64,000 nucleotides of DNA from an uncultured delta proteobacterium (GTDB lineage Bacteria; Desulfobacterota; Desulfomonilia; Desulfomonilales; Desulfomonilaceae): contig CAWBKB010000005.1 in the NCBI GenBank assembly GCA_963789265.1, forward strand, positions 160,001 to 224,000, given 5' to 3'. The notes below the pieces were generated by a model. The model was not told the origin of the DNA. It made no database searches and worked only from the letters and a program-made list of their open reading frames with translations. The position numbers and the translations under genes were made by a program. Within the stretch, counting starts at the first letter, position 1. Every line of letters starts with the position of its first letter. This document shows, one piece after another, positions 22,388 through 31,932 of the stretch.

Positions 22388-22867
22388 ATGATGCGCTACA
22401 AAATTATGCTGATTGCCGTTGCATTCTTACTTCTAGGATCCATTGGACCTTCGCTTTCGGCAGAAGTTGGAGGCAAGGACGCCAAGAAAGAGCTGCAAAA
22501 GTTCCAAGGCACTTGGATCATGGAGTCAGGGGAGTTAGGTGGCAAAAAGGCCGCTGATGAGCATGTGCGTCGGAGCAAAATAATTTTTGAAGGAAATAAA
22601 GTACAGATTGTCGTTCCCAATCAAACCCCGGAAACAATCATCGCAGAGATCGTAAAAATCGACACGACGAAAAGCCCCAAGGAAATGCATTTCATCCGCA
22701 AGAACGGCCCCAATGCGGGCAATACCCTCATCGGGATCTACGAGTTTGAGGGAAAAGACCGGTACAAATTCGCTTTTGACCCCTCCGGCAGCACTAAGCT
22801 CAAAGAGTTCGTCACGAAAGAAGGAACCGGCCACGTGCGAAATACTTGGAAGCGCGTAAAGCAATAG
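22388..22867 (+). CDS. Secreted TIGR03067-like domain protein
   Basis: Signal peptide, then KELQKFQGTW...KIDTTKSPKEM...GIYEFEG. Confidence 0.75.
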   Translation: MMRYKIMLIAVAFLLLGSIGPSLSAEVGGKDAKKELQKFQGTWIMESGELGGKKAADEHVRRSKIIFEGNKVQIVVPNQTPETIIAEIVKIDTTKSPKEMHFIRKNGPNAGNTLIGIYEFEGKDRYKFAFDPSGSTKLKEFVTKEGTGHVRNTWKRVKQ

Positions 22868-23188
22868 GATTTCCTCTGGAGCAGCCCAAGCTGACGCTCA
22901 ATGAGCAAGCACGGATCTTGGGTGACATGATGGCGATCTGAATTTCGGTGCAAGAAATCACGATGGCATCTAATAAAAAAAGTGCCGTCGCGACTTTTTT
23001 GGTGAGTGTATACTGCATCTGGCGCACTCGTTTAGACATATATCCACTCAGAGTTCCAGCCAGGATTTGAATCGTTATTCTTAATCCCTGTTTCTCGGTG
23101 AGTGTCAGGCCGCGCACCGCGCTGCGGACCGTGCTCGCTCTCCTATTTGCTTGCTTGCCCTAAAGCACGTTCGTGCATACATGGGCTC

Positions 23189-23461
23189 ATGAAATATGAA
23201 TGGGATCGGGAGAAGGCAGAGAACAACCGTCAAAAGCACGGAATAGACTTCGCTGACGCCGTAACTGCCTTGGAAGATGATGCCGGTCTCACACTGGAAG
23301 ATCAATATTCCGACGAGGAACGTTTTGTCACAGTCGAGATGGATGCCCTTGGACGCGTTCTTGTCGTGATTTACGCTCGGCGCGGCGAGCGTATTCGCGT
23401 CATTTCAGCAAGGAGAGCGACGCGAAGTGAACGAAAACAGCATCAAGGAAATGGCACATGA
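23189..23461 (+). CDS. brnT: BrnT-family toxin (type II TA ribonuclease)
   Basis: YEWDREKAENNRQKHGIDF...EERF...IRVISARRAT. Confidence 0.9.
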   Translation: MKYEWDREKAENNRQKHGIDFADAVTALEDDAGLTLEDQYSDEERFVTVEMDALGRVLVVIYARRGERIRVISARRATRSERKQHQGNGT

Positions 23462-23713
23462 AGAAGGAATACGATTTCAGCAGCGGTAAGAGGGGGGCAG
23501 TAGCTCCGGTTCTACCCGGAAAGACACGTGTGACAATTCCACTCGATGACGATGTTTTGGGATTGGTTTCGCTCCCAGATTCACGAAATGGGCGGAGGCA
23601 ACTATCAGAGTCTCATCAACGATGCCCTACGCGAGTATATTCAACAGCACAAGGAACCGTTGGAGAAAATGCTACGACGTGTGATACGGGAAGAAATTGG
23701 CACACATGCATGA
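23458..23713 (+). CDS. brnA: BrnA-family antitoxin; +1 frameshift near 23560
   Basis: MKKEYDFS..KTRVTI.LDDDVL. Removing one G gives DWFRSQIHEMGGGNYQSLINDALREYI...stop at 23713. ATGA overlap with brnT. Confidence 0.85.
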
Positions 23714-23767
23714 CGTGACCTTGCACAAAAAGTCTCCGAGATCTGTCACTTGTGAGGGAAGTGTGTG

Positions 23768-24040
23768 CTAAGAGTTTTTCCGCGTCGTCTCTACGCGCTC
23801 TTTTTTGACCTTTTTGCTGATCCTCGGGAGAAATTCCGGGGCAAAATCGGCCCCGCTGGGCCATTCAATTGTGTTGGTGTCGGAATACGCATGAACTTGG
23901 TTGAATAGATCGAGGCTTTTCAAGGGTTCGAACACTTCACCATGCAGCTCTCTCGTGAGATCCACTTCTCTGACAGTGCCGTCGTCAAATTCCAATCTTA
24001 GCTGGTAATCGTGCAAGCATGCGACCTTCGTGAACTGCAC
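23768..24040 (-). CDS. DUF2442-domain protein (possibly decayed)
   Basis: YQLRLEFDDG..REVDL...GEVFEPLK...TIEWPSGADFAPEFL. Confidence 0.7.
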   Translation of the reverse strand: MQFTKVACLHDYQLRLEFDDGTVREVDLTRELHGEVFEPLKSLDLFNQVHAYSDTNTIEWPSGADFAPEFLPRISKKVKKERVETTRKNS

Positions 24041-24086
24041 ATTGTAATCGTCTAAGGCAGTGAAGCGTGCCGAGGCCATCCAGAAA

Positions 24087-24353
24087 TCAGCCATTCTTAG
24101 GCTTGCGGGCAGGGGTACCGCGGAGCATACCTTCTACGCTTATGTCCTCATCAATATCGGGCCAGTGTATACCGAGACCATCCCCTATTATCCGGAAATT
24201 GGACTTCTGCTCGGGGGTTGCCTCAGATAGGCGCCAGGACCATACAACAGGCACGGAGATGGTGCGCCCGTCCGCAAGGTAAGCTATGATTTCTTCGTCT
24301 GTCACTCTGACATCCATGATTCTTGGCTCTATCACATCAACCGCAATGCCCAT
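24087..24353 (-). CDS. DUF2442-domain protein (putative antitoxin)
   Basis: LADGRTISVP..W..RL..AT.EQ...GIHWPDIDEDISVEG. Confidence 0.85.
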   Translation of the reverse strand: MGIAVDVIEPRIMDVRVTDEEIIAYLADGRTISVPVVWSWRLSEATPEQKSNFRIIGDGLGIHWPDIDEDISVEGMLRGTPARKPKNG

Positions 24354-24573
24354 CCCAACCCTCCAAGATTCTTGTGATGTTAGACAGAATAAGTTGCCGG
24401 ATCATGCCAAGTTCCTTCGGCGAAAAACCGTGGTTTCGACACAGAGTCACGGGTTCCAGCCAAAACTTACAAACCATTCTGTCCCTTTGGTCATGCTCAT
24501 GCTTGGGTTCGTTGCAGTCAAAGCTGAAAAAGAAAAAACGATAAGGTCCGGAAATATTCTCAACGGTAGGCAA
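24337..24573 (-). CDS. DUF4160-domain protein (putative toxin partner of DUF2442)
   Basis: MPTV...GPYRFFFFSFDCNEP.H.H...KFWLEPV...GFS.KEL; overlaps the DUF2442 gene. Confidence 0.82.
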   Translation of the reverse strand: MPTVENISGPYRFFFFSFDCNEPKHEHDQRDRMVCKFWLEPVTLCRNHGFSPKELGMIRQLILSNITRILEGWDGHCG

Positions 24574-24703
24574 AGACTAGCTTCAATATGCCCGTTTGAA
24601 CATTTTTTGTTGTTGGAAAATTATGGCGTTTCGCAACACTCATATTGGGGAGCAGCTTGGCAGTCCCACGCGAATACGGCCTTAGGGCCGCGAAAGATTA
24701 TGC

Positions 24704-24780
24704 TGGTGCGCCCGAAACGATTCGAACGTTCGACCTCAACATCCGGAGTGTTGCGCTCTATCCTACTGAGCTACGGGCGC
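24704..24780 (-). tRNA. tRNA-Arg (anticodon CCG)
   Basis: Reverse complement gcgcccgtagctcagtaggatagagcgcaacact-ccg-gatgttgaggtcgaacgttcgaatcgtttcgggcgcacca folds as a cloverleaf with a GTTCGAA T-loop and encoded CCA. Confidence 0.97.
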
Positions 24781-25030
24781 ACAAGACAAATCTAGCCCAG
24801 CCATGATCGAGTGTCAACGTGTTTTGACCGCTAGCTTCAAAGCTCATGGGCATTAGAAGTTGCCAAAGGCTTGGAACTCTCGTATGCTAACCTTTAGTTA
24901 GATCCAGCAACCAGCTTAAATGAAATGTGAGCAAATCAAGAGCGATGATCCCAGGATGATCGCTCGCCGGGACGGGTTCACCTTGAACCTGATTGCCGGC
25001 GGTGCCTGGGCCGAACGGAGGTGGATGCGG

Positions 25031-25795
25031 ATGGTTGATCGACCGAATCTGGCGGGAAAGATAGCTATTGTCACAGGTGGAGGAAAAGGGATAGGAAAAG
25101 CCATTTCTCTGGGTCTGGCCGAGGCGGGAGCAAAGGTCATGATCGCAGCAAGGACCGCCGCGGAGATTGAAGCCGCGGCTGAAGAAATTCGCTCCCACGG
25201 TGGAGAGGCCGTGGCAAAAGTGACGGACGTCACCCAGAGCGACCAGATCGATGCGCTTGTGCAGACCGCGGTCAGTACTTTCGGCGGAGTGAACATCTTG
25301 GTCAACAACGCGGCTCGTAGCTTTTTCAGACCCCTTATGGATCTCCGAGAAGACGGATTTGACAAAATCTTCAACACTAATGTCAAAGGAACTTTTCTGC
25401 TGAGTCGCGCAGCAGCCAAAGTGATGGCCGGGCAAGGGGGAGGCCGCATCGTCAACATTACCACTGTGGGCGCGGTGCGCGGAGGCCCCATGATGGGAGT
25501 CTATCACTCCAGCAAGGCCGCGGTTAAAATGTTGACCATGTGCATGGCTACAGAATGGGCTCCCATGAACATATTGGTGAACGCGGTTGGCCCCGGGTTG
25601 ACCAGGACTCATTTCAGCCAACCTATATGGGCCAATCCGGAGATAGAGCGACAACTAGTAACTCGCGTCCCTCAGGGAAGGCTGGCTGAACCTGAAGATA
25701 TCGTCGGGGCGGTCCTTTTCCTTTGCTCTGATGCGGCAAGTTTCATTACAGGCCAAACCATTTATGTGGACGGCGGAACATTGGCAAATACGTAA
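25031..25795 (+). CDS. Short-chain dehydrogenase/reductase (SDR)
   Basis: TGGGKGIG, LVNNAA, YHSSK, VNAVGPG, ITGQTIYVDGG. Confidence 0.92.
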   Translation: MVDRPNLAGKIAIVTGGGKGIGKAISLGLAEAGAKVMIAARTAAEIEAAAEEIRSHGGEAVAKVTDVTQSDQIDALVQTAVSTFGGVNILVNNAARSFFRPLMDLREDGFDKIFNTNVKGTFLLSRAAAKVMAGQGGGRIVNITTVGAVRGGPMMGVYHSSKAAVKMLTMCMATEWAPMNILVNAVGPGLTRTHFSQPIWANPEIERQLVTRVPQGRLAEPEDIVGAVLFLCSDAASFITGQTIYVDGGTLANT

Positions 25796-25974
25796 TCGCT
25801 TCTTGCAGGCAGCCGGCGAGATTGTGGACCGTCTTCCGGTGCGGGAAGGCAAAACTGCGACGAGCTTCCGCTAACGAAGTATTTCCTGATTTGCCGCAAA
25901 GATCGAGAGATTGCACTGCCACTTACAGCTCATTCTGAACGCTGACCGCCACGAAAGCCCCGGCGCGGCGGCAA

Positions 25975-27120
25975 ATGGAGGAATTTATGAACGCGGAAGA
26001 TCCGTGGAGGCCATTCAGAGAGGTGATGGCATCTCCATGGGAACAAGCCCTGGCCTGGAAACGCAAAACCGGCGGTAAGGTTGTCGGACACCTGCTCCCG
26101 GATGTACCTGAAGAGATCCTCCATGCTGCGGGTGCTCTCCCGGTGGCAATAGAAGGGGCCGGAGTTCAGATCTCCGATGCACAGGCGCACATTCCCGGAT
26201 ATACGTGCAGCCACGCCATGGGGGCCTTGGATATGGGGCTCCGAGGTTATCTCTCGGTCTTGGACGGCATGGTTATCCCGTATGTTTGCGACACCACACG
26301 CAATCTGTTTCACATTTGGAATCATTGCTTCCCGGACCTGTGCAATGAGTTTCTTCGGCTACCCAAAAGATTGGATTATCCCGAAGCCAGAAAATATCTG
26401 AAGAGCGAGTTCCTGCGGCTTATGGACGCGGTAGCTAAGATTACCGGCCGAAATGTCGGATCTGAAGACTTGGCCGCAAGCATAATACTCTATAACAAAA
26501 GCCGGGCCGCGCTCAGGGAAGCCTATCACAGGCAGCACGTATTACCGTCGCTCTGGACTTCCGAGCGAGTGGGAGTTCTCCTCGCGTCGGCCTTGCGAGC
26601 GCCTCGGCAAGAGCATCTAGCGTGGATGGAAAGCCTGCCCTGGGACGAACGCCCTGCTGACTCCTGCGAACGGATCCCCATATACGTGAGGGGAAAAGTT
26701 TGGGACCCGCCGGGAATTTTCGGCCTCTTTGACCAACTTGGTCTGCTGGTAGTGGAAGATGAAATAGTGACAGGATTCCGTGCCATCGCTAAAGACGCTG
26801 AAGTTAACGGAGATCCTGTAGAAGCCCTGGTGAACCGGCACTTTACCACTGTCCCCTATGCCGGCTATCATCTCTCTCCTTCGCAAGCAGTGCAAAGTTT
26901 TCAGGATCGGGTGCGCTCAAGTGGAGCTCGCGGCGTTCTTTTCCTAAATCCCAAATTCTGCGAAGCTGCCGGCTTTGACACTCCGGATTTTCAAAAGGCC
27001 CTTGAACAAGCAGGCGTCCCGAGTTTGGTGCTGGAGACATCTTCGCGTGGAGTTTCCCTCGAACAGATACGCTTGCGTCTGGAGGCATTTCGAGAAATGA
27101 TAGGAGATGAGGGGCTTTAA
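25975..27120 (+). CDS. 2-hydroxyacyl-CoA dehydratase / benzoyl-CoA reductase family subunit (HgdB/BcrC-like)
   Basis: VPEEILHAAGALP, YTCS, PYVCD, PKFCE, QIRLRLEAF. Confidence 0.85.
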   Translation: MEEFMNAEDPWRPFREVMASPWEQALAWKRKTGGKVVGHLLPDVPEEILHAAGALPVAIEGAGVQISDAQAHIPGYTCSHAMGALDMGLRGYLSVLDGMVIPYVCDTTRNLFHIWNHCFPDLCNEFLRLPKRLDYPEARKYLKSEFLRLMDAVAKITGRNVGSEDLAASIILYNKSRAALREAYHRQHVLPSLWTSERVGVLLASALRAPRQEHLAWMESLPWDERPADSCERIPIYVRGKVWDPPGIFGLFDQLGLLVVEDEIVTGFRAIAKDAEVNGDPVEALVNRHFTTVPYAGYHLSPSQAVQSFQDRVRSSGARGVLFLNPKFCEAAGFDTPDFQKALEQAGVPSLVLETSSRGVSLEQIRLRLEAFREMIGDEGL

Positions 27121-27151
27121 TCGCTTACCGGCCTCTTAAGGAGGACTAAAG

Positions 27152-28364
27152 ATGGAGCCTATCGAGGCCCTTAGGGCCCTTAAGCAAATAAACATCGACT
27201 ATTATGGCGCGGCTCATACGGCTAGACAGAACGGGAAGTTCATCGCGTACGTGAACGCGTTCACGCCTGTTGAACTCCTCTACGCTATGGATGTTATCCC
27301 GATATATCCTGAAAATCATGCTGTAATTATCGGTGCCAGAAAAATGTCGTCGGAACTGGCTGCGGCTGCGGAGGGTATGGGCTATTCCATGGATCTGTGC
27401 TCATACGCTAGATGCGATCTGGGCTCAATTAAAACCGGTCTGAGCCCTACATGGGGCCTGCCGAAACCGGATCTGCTGCTGATCTCAAACAGCCAGTGCG
27501 GGACGCTGACCAAATGGTTTGAGGTCCTGAGCCGGATGTATGCAGCTCCAATGGTCCTGATTGACGTGCCGCATTCGGGAAATGGAGAGCGTGATCTCGC
27601 CGCCGAAGCGTACGTGCGGTCACAACTTGAGGATTTGGTCGGCATGCTCAAAGGAATAACCGGCCGAAGTTTGGATTGGGATCGTCTGAAAGACTCCATA
27701 CGTCTTTCTCGCAAAGCATCCGAGCTTTGGACCCGGGTGCTGGAGTACGGAGCCAGCAAGCCTTCGCCCATGACCGTCTTCGATCAGTTTATATCCATGG
27801 CTCCTATTGTGGCCCAAAGAGGGACTCAGGTTGCCGTGGACTTTTATCTGTTATTGACTCGGGAACTCGAGGAACGAGTTCAGAAGCGGACCGGAGCTTG
27901 TGCGAACGAAAAGTTTCGGCTGTTCTGGGACAATCTTCCGATTTGGCCGGAACTGCGGCGCCTTTCTCAATTTCTGGATGAGCGCGGTGCAGTGCTGGTC
28001 ACTTCTCTGTATACGTGGGCGTGGGCCAGGCTGGCGGTCGGGGAAGACGATCCCATTGGAGACTGGACCGAACAGTACCTTCTATACGGCAAACCTATAT
28101 TTGGAGCGTAGGATAGACCAATACGTGGAGATTGCAGAAAAATACGGTCTCGACGGATTCTTGTATCACTCCAATAGAAGTTGCAAGTTCGTCTCGCAGG
28201 ACATACCCGAGATCCGACGCTCGGTAACCGATAGAACCGGCATACCCGGTGCAATTCTGGAAGCTGACCACAACGATCCTCGCCTCTATTCCATAGAATC
28301 TCTGGAAAGACAGATCGAGAGCTTCCTGGACCTGCTGGCTACTCGTAAACGCGCCGCCAGATAA
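27152..28364 (+). CDS. 2-hydroxyacyl-CoA dehydratase family subunit (HgdA/BcrB-like); +1 frameshift near 28080
   Basis: PVELLYAMD..YPENH, DLCSYAR, QCGTLTKW. The C-terminus HSNRSCK...EADHNDPR lies in the next frame. Confidence 0.85.
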
Positions 28365-28432
28365 ACTATTGGAAATGGTCTCTGGAAAGACCTGCCTGCC
28401 ATTCGTCTCCCCGCACTACGATCCGGTCCAGT

Positions 28433-28493
28433 CTGGATGCCCGCGTACGCGGGCATGACGACATGCAGGGGCGGGTTTCAAACCCGCCCCTAC
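28433..28493. repeat. Two adjacent REP-like palindromes (CTGGATGCCCGCGTACGCGGGCATGAC and GGGGCGGGTTTCAAACCCGCCCCTAC)
   Basis: The same tandem arrangement recurs at about 30034-30082. The first unit also occurs at about 3267 and 44836. Confidence 0.8.
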
Positions 28494-28545
28494 GGAAACT
28501 TCATTCCACTTGCTTGAAAGCGAACCCGCATTAGTCGAAATTCGT

Positions 28546-29184
28546 TCAGTGGCAATCGCAGACATCTCCGCCCAGAGTTCCGATGCCCTCGCGAGCAATA
28601 ATCGGAACCATGATGAGCCCCGCTACCGGGTCGGCCCACCACCATCCAAGAAGTGCATTGAGAGCCAGTCCACCGAGCAGGATAGCAGAGAGGTAGGCGC
28701 ACAAGTCGGTCTGCCGGGAGTCGGCCTCTAGAGAGCGGCTTTCTAAACGCAGGGCGACTTTGCGCTTGGCGCGGGCTAGAAGGGGCATCACGATAAGAGC
28801 GGCACAAGCAAGCACTATACCGACGATGCTTGCATGGGGTTCCTCGCGTAACACTAGCGATTTTGCGGCGTCAAAGGCAATATACGTGGCGAGGAGGATG
28901 AAGCTTATGCCGACGAGCCTGGTCGCAATTCGTTCCCTACGTTCATCTTCCTCGTGCAGTTGCAGCCGCCAGAGCAATATCCCACCGGACAAGCATTCGA
29001 TGAGAGAGTCCGCACCGAATCCAATGAGGGCAATGCTGCCTGCCGCGATACCGGCGGCAACGGCAACACCTGCTTCGATGAGGTTCCAGCTGAGCGTAAA
29101 GTACTCGAGACGGCGACCTTCCCGAGTGTCGTACACACGGGCACCGCTGGATTGAGGTGAGCAACAGCAGTCAATGTCTTGCAT
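28546..29184 (-). CDS. Cation efflux (CDF-like) membrane protein
   Basis: WNLIEA, SIALIGFGADS.IE, GWWWADPVA; Cys-rich termini. Confidence 0.8.
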   Translation of the reverse strand: MQDIDCCCSPQSSGARVYDTREGRRLEYFTLSWNLIEAGVAVAAGIAAGSIALIGFGADSLIECLSGGILLWRLQLHEEDERRERIATRLVGISFILLATYIAFDAAKSLVLREEPHASIVGIVLACAALIVMPLLARAKRKVALRLESRSLEADSRQTDLCAYLSAILLGGLALNALLGWWWADPVAGLIMVPIIAREGIGTLGGDVCDCH

Positions 29185-29266
29185 GTCAAATTACCTTCCA
29201 GTCCAATGATCGGTCTTTAAAAAAAGAAACGCTGAAATCATATTGCTTCATTGACCGGCATTTATG

Positions 29267-29938
29267 CTATTCCGTCCCGTACACATCCAGAAGCTCCAGT
29301 CCGGCATTCGGCGCCACCAGTCTCACGTTAGCTTCAGTTCCTTCCAAATGCTGGCGAACCGCCTGCTCTTTGATGCCGGGCACAGCGTAAACCGTGAACA
29401 AGACGTTTCTAGTGGCCGGTGTGATCATGGTACGCCGGTCGGGGCCGTAGATCACGCTGGAGATGACCGCTACGGAGTCGGCTATCATCATATCGCCGGC
29501 TTTAAGCACCTGCTCTTGACCATTCATTCGGATATATTTTTCATTACCCTTTGACGCGTCCAATTTTAGAGGGGGCTTGACCGCGTCCAAGTCGTGACCG
29601 GCCGTCAACAGCATGTTCCTGATTTCTTCCATGAACATGGCTTCAACCAGGGCCGCCACTCCTGGTATGGACTTTTTTTTGAAAACGACCGATTCCAGTT
29701 GTTGCAAGACGTGATACGTTTTCTTGAAACGCTTGAAATAAGCCTGATATGCCTCTATAGGTTCTAACGATTTCAATGAGTCACGCTCTTTGAAGAGGTC
29801 ACGGAGATCGGCTTCCAGTTCTGATTTTTGGCGATCCAGTTTTTCGTGGCGAGGCGGATTGGTGACATCGCGCATGGCCAGGATTCCTACGTAAGCGCCT
29901 GGATAGGCCTTCTTCCAATCCTCAGAGACTGAGAACAT
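29267..29938 (-). CDS. B3/B4 domain protein (PheRS-beta editing-like)
   Basis: AYQAYFKRFK, ALVEAMF..E, TAGHDLD, GPDRRT. Confidence 0.8.
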   Translation of the reverse strand: MFSVSEDWKKAYPGAYVGILAMRDVTNPPRHEKLDRQKSELEADLRDLFKERDSLKSLEPIEAYQAYFKRFKKTYHVLQQLESVVFKKKSIPGVAALVEAMFMEEIRNMLLTAGHDLDAVKPPLKLDASKGNEKYIRMNGQEQVLKAGDMMIADSVAVISSVIYGPDRRTMITPATRNVLFTVYAVPGIKEQAVRQHLEGTEANVRLVAPNAGLELLDVYGTE

Positions 29939-30084
29939 TGTGCTCCTCCTCGGCCTGTCGAGCTTTATATTGATTTGCTTTCGAGCAAGTGAAACCGTGT
30001 TGCTAATGGGACAGTCTCGAGAGGCCGGTCCTACTGGATGCCCGCGTACGAGGGCATGACAACATGTAAGGGCGGGTTTGAAGA

Positions 30085-30307
30085 GGCTGTCTCAAAATTG
30101 AAAATCGACCCGAAATCGTACTACCGGGCTCAGGATTTCTCGTTCCCAGGCTCTGCCTGGGAATGCCTGTCGCGAGGCTCGGCCTCGACTACGATAGTGA
30201 AATGAAGCCAGCTTGCGGGCAGAGCCCGCGAGACGCGGGCTTGGGAACCAGAACTCTAGCGACTTTCTTGTCACGATCTCGACCCGGTCCGCACTTTTGA
30301 GACAGCC
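30085..30307. mobile_element. MITE-like element (family B), TIR (G)GCTGTCTCAAAA
   Basis: ggctgtctcaaaa ... ttttgagacagcc, carrying GTTCCCAGGCTCTGCCTGGGAA palindromes. Confidence 0.7.
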
Positions 30308-30573
30308 CCGGGACGCCAGCGCTCCGGATCGGAGCCCGAGGTGACCCCGCGGAACTCTGGGCAGGCGGTTCCGCGTCTCGCACGACTGCCTCACCACATC
30401 CGGTCTGTGACCGTCACTTGTTAGACGGCGCATTGCTATTAGATGGCGCGTCGCCACCCACGTTATACCAAGAATCCATCGCTTTGGCATTATGAGGAAA
30501 CAGGTGAAAGAGGACTGCGCGGACTTGAAGAATCAAAACAGTATCGAAAAGACTGGCAGAATGGTTTTTGCAC

Positions 30574-30614
30574 AAAAAAGGCCGGAACCTGAGGGGTGGG
30601 GGATGGTCCCGGCC
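30574..30614 (-). terminator. Putative rho-independent terminator
   Basis: Minus strand ggccgggacc...ggttccggcc followed by tttttt. Confidence 0.55.
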
Positions 30615-30790
30615 CGAAGAAGCTCATCTCGGGGATAGGAGGCGAATGACCTGCATCCGCCATCTATCCGCCGACCTTTTCCTCCATGACGGAGTCCCGT
30701 TTCATGAAGTTGGATGGGATTGATTGGTAAAATGCCTTTTTGTCCGAGTGTTGCCTATATTGCTTCACGGGATCTTTCACCCCGGCGGGT

Positions 30791-31063
30791 CTAGGCCTGA
30801 CCCACGACGTTGGTGTTGGGGCGAGGACCGGAATTCTCCAGCTTTATCTCTTCGATGATTGACGCAATTTCCGCATGAAGAATTTCCAGTTGCCAATTAA
30901 AATAGATGTCCTCACCAAAGTCCCGAAGTAGCCGCTTCTGAGCGTTTATGTAGTCCCTCGGCGATACCGCGCCTGAAAAAACATGAATGGGATTGATAAG
31001 GGTTGCTATGACCTCTTCTTGCCGTTCTGTGGTCTGCTCTATTTTATCGCTGTTCTGACCCAT
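30791..31063 (-). CDS. Hypothetical protein downstream of a sigma-54 promoter
   Basis: RBS AAGGAAGG before ATG at 31063; 90 aa. Confidence 0.6.
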   Translation of the reverse strand: MGQNSDKIEQTTERQEEVIATLINPIHVFSGAVSPRDYINAQKRLLRDFGEDIYFNWQLEILHAEIASIIEEIKLENSGPRPNTNVVGQA

Positions 31064-31099
31064 GCTGCCTTCCTTTGTGTTTTTCATGCCCTCTCATTA

Positions 31100-31115
31100 T
31101 GCAACCCAGATGCCA
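31100..31115 (-). promoter_or_regulatory. Sigma-54 (-24/-12) promoter
   Basis: Minus strand TGGCATCTGGGTTGCA, exact consensus spacing, about 40 nt before the ORF. Confidence 0.65.
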
Positions 31116-31414
31116 AAGCACGGCAAAGCAACAAACAACCCTCATATAGGAGATTTACTGTAATGCCCCTTTGACGACCATGCTTCCAAGCGTTCGGAAT
31201 CGGACACTGCCCCTCTGTGCCTCTGGGCCAAGGACCCAATAAAGACAGAGAGTTACCTGATTGTCCATAATCCGACATGCCTGTCGCATTTCGCGCGATC
31301 AACCACCCCAGCGGAACATTTGACCAATCTTGCCACTTTGAATATAATGACCCCATAAAAAACTGAAAGTTCAAAAAAAAACGAAGAAACTCCTCGTGAA
31401 AGGAATTAAAACCC

Positions 31415-31618
31415 ATGATACCGGGTCCATGGGAATTAATCCTCATTCTTTTTATTGTTGTTGTGCTCTTCGGCGGCAAGAAGATTCCAAAAATCATGGG
31501 TGACGTAGGCAAGGGGATCAACAGCTTCAAAAAAGCCATGAAGTCCGACGAGCCCACGCGCCCTCCGACAGCACAGTCTGACGATGCCTCGAAGAGGACG
31601 ATCAAGTCACAACAGTAG
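31415..31618 (+). CDS. tatA: Twin-arginine translocase subunit TatA
   Basis: GPWELILILFIVVVLFGGKKIP...GKGINSFKK. Confidence 0.92.
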   Translation: MIPGPWELILILFIVVVLFGGKKIPKIMGDVGKGINSFKKAMKSDEPTRPPTAQSDDASKRTIKSQQ

Positions 31619-31653
31619 GCGTCTCATACCAATTCGCCTTCATGCAAGCGACA

Positions 31654-31777
31654 CCGTGTTTCCGGGGGGCTGCCCGCCACATATTGTTCAGGATTGTCAC
31701 TTGTTTGAAGGCGCATGGGTATCAATCCCTAAACCCGGTTCCTATGAAAATCCGTTGCGCACACCACGGAAGCACGG
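31654..31777 (-). ncRNA. Candidate rod-shaped structured RNA, 6S-like
   Basis: Terminal stem ccgtgcttccg/cggaaacacgg, inner stem gtttagggattg/caatcctgaac, unpaired ggattttcatagg bubble. Shorter than a typical 6S; strand uncertain. Confidence 0.4.
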
Positions 31778-31932
31778 GTTCAGCACTTGTGCGGGAAATC
31801 TTATTCACGCGTCACGAGTTGAACGAGACTGTTCCGGCCTACCCCCGGAAGTAGCATGAATGACGCCGCTGACGGCTTTCTTTGTCGAAAAAACGCGATC
31901 ACTTATTTTACCGAACGGCTACCTCGTTGTCC

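Noticed and set aside
24260..24270. 11-nt match to the tRNA-Arg 3' end as a possible att site
   Set aside because: It lies inside a conserved coding motif (DGRTI) of DUF2442, is short, and no integrase is nearby.
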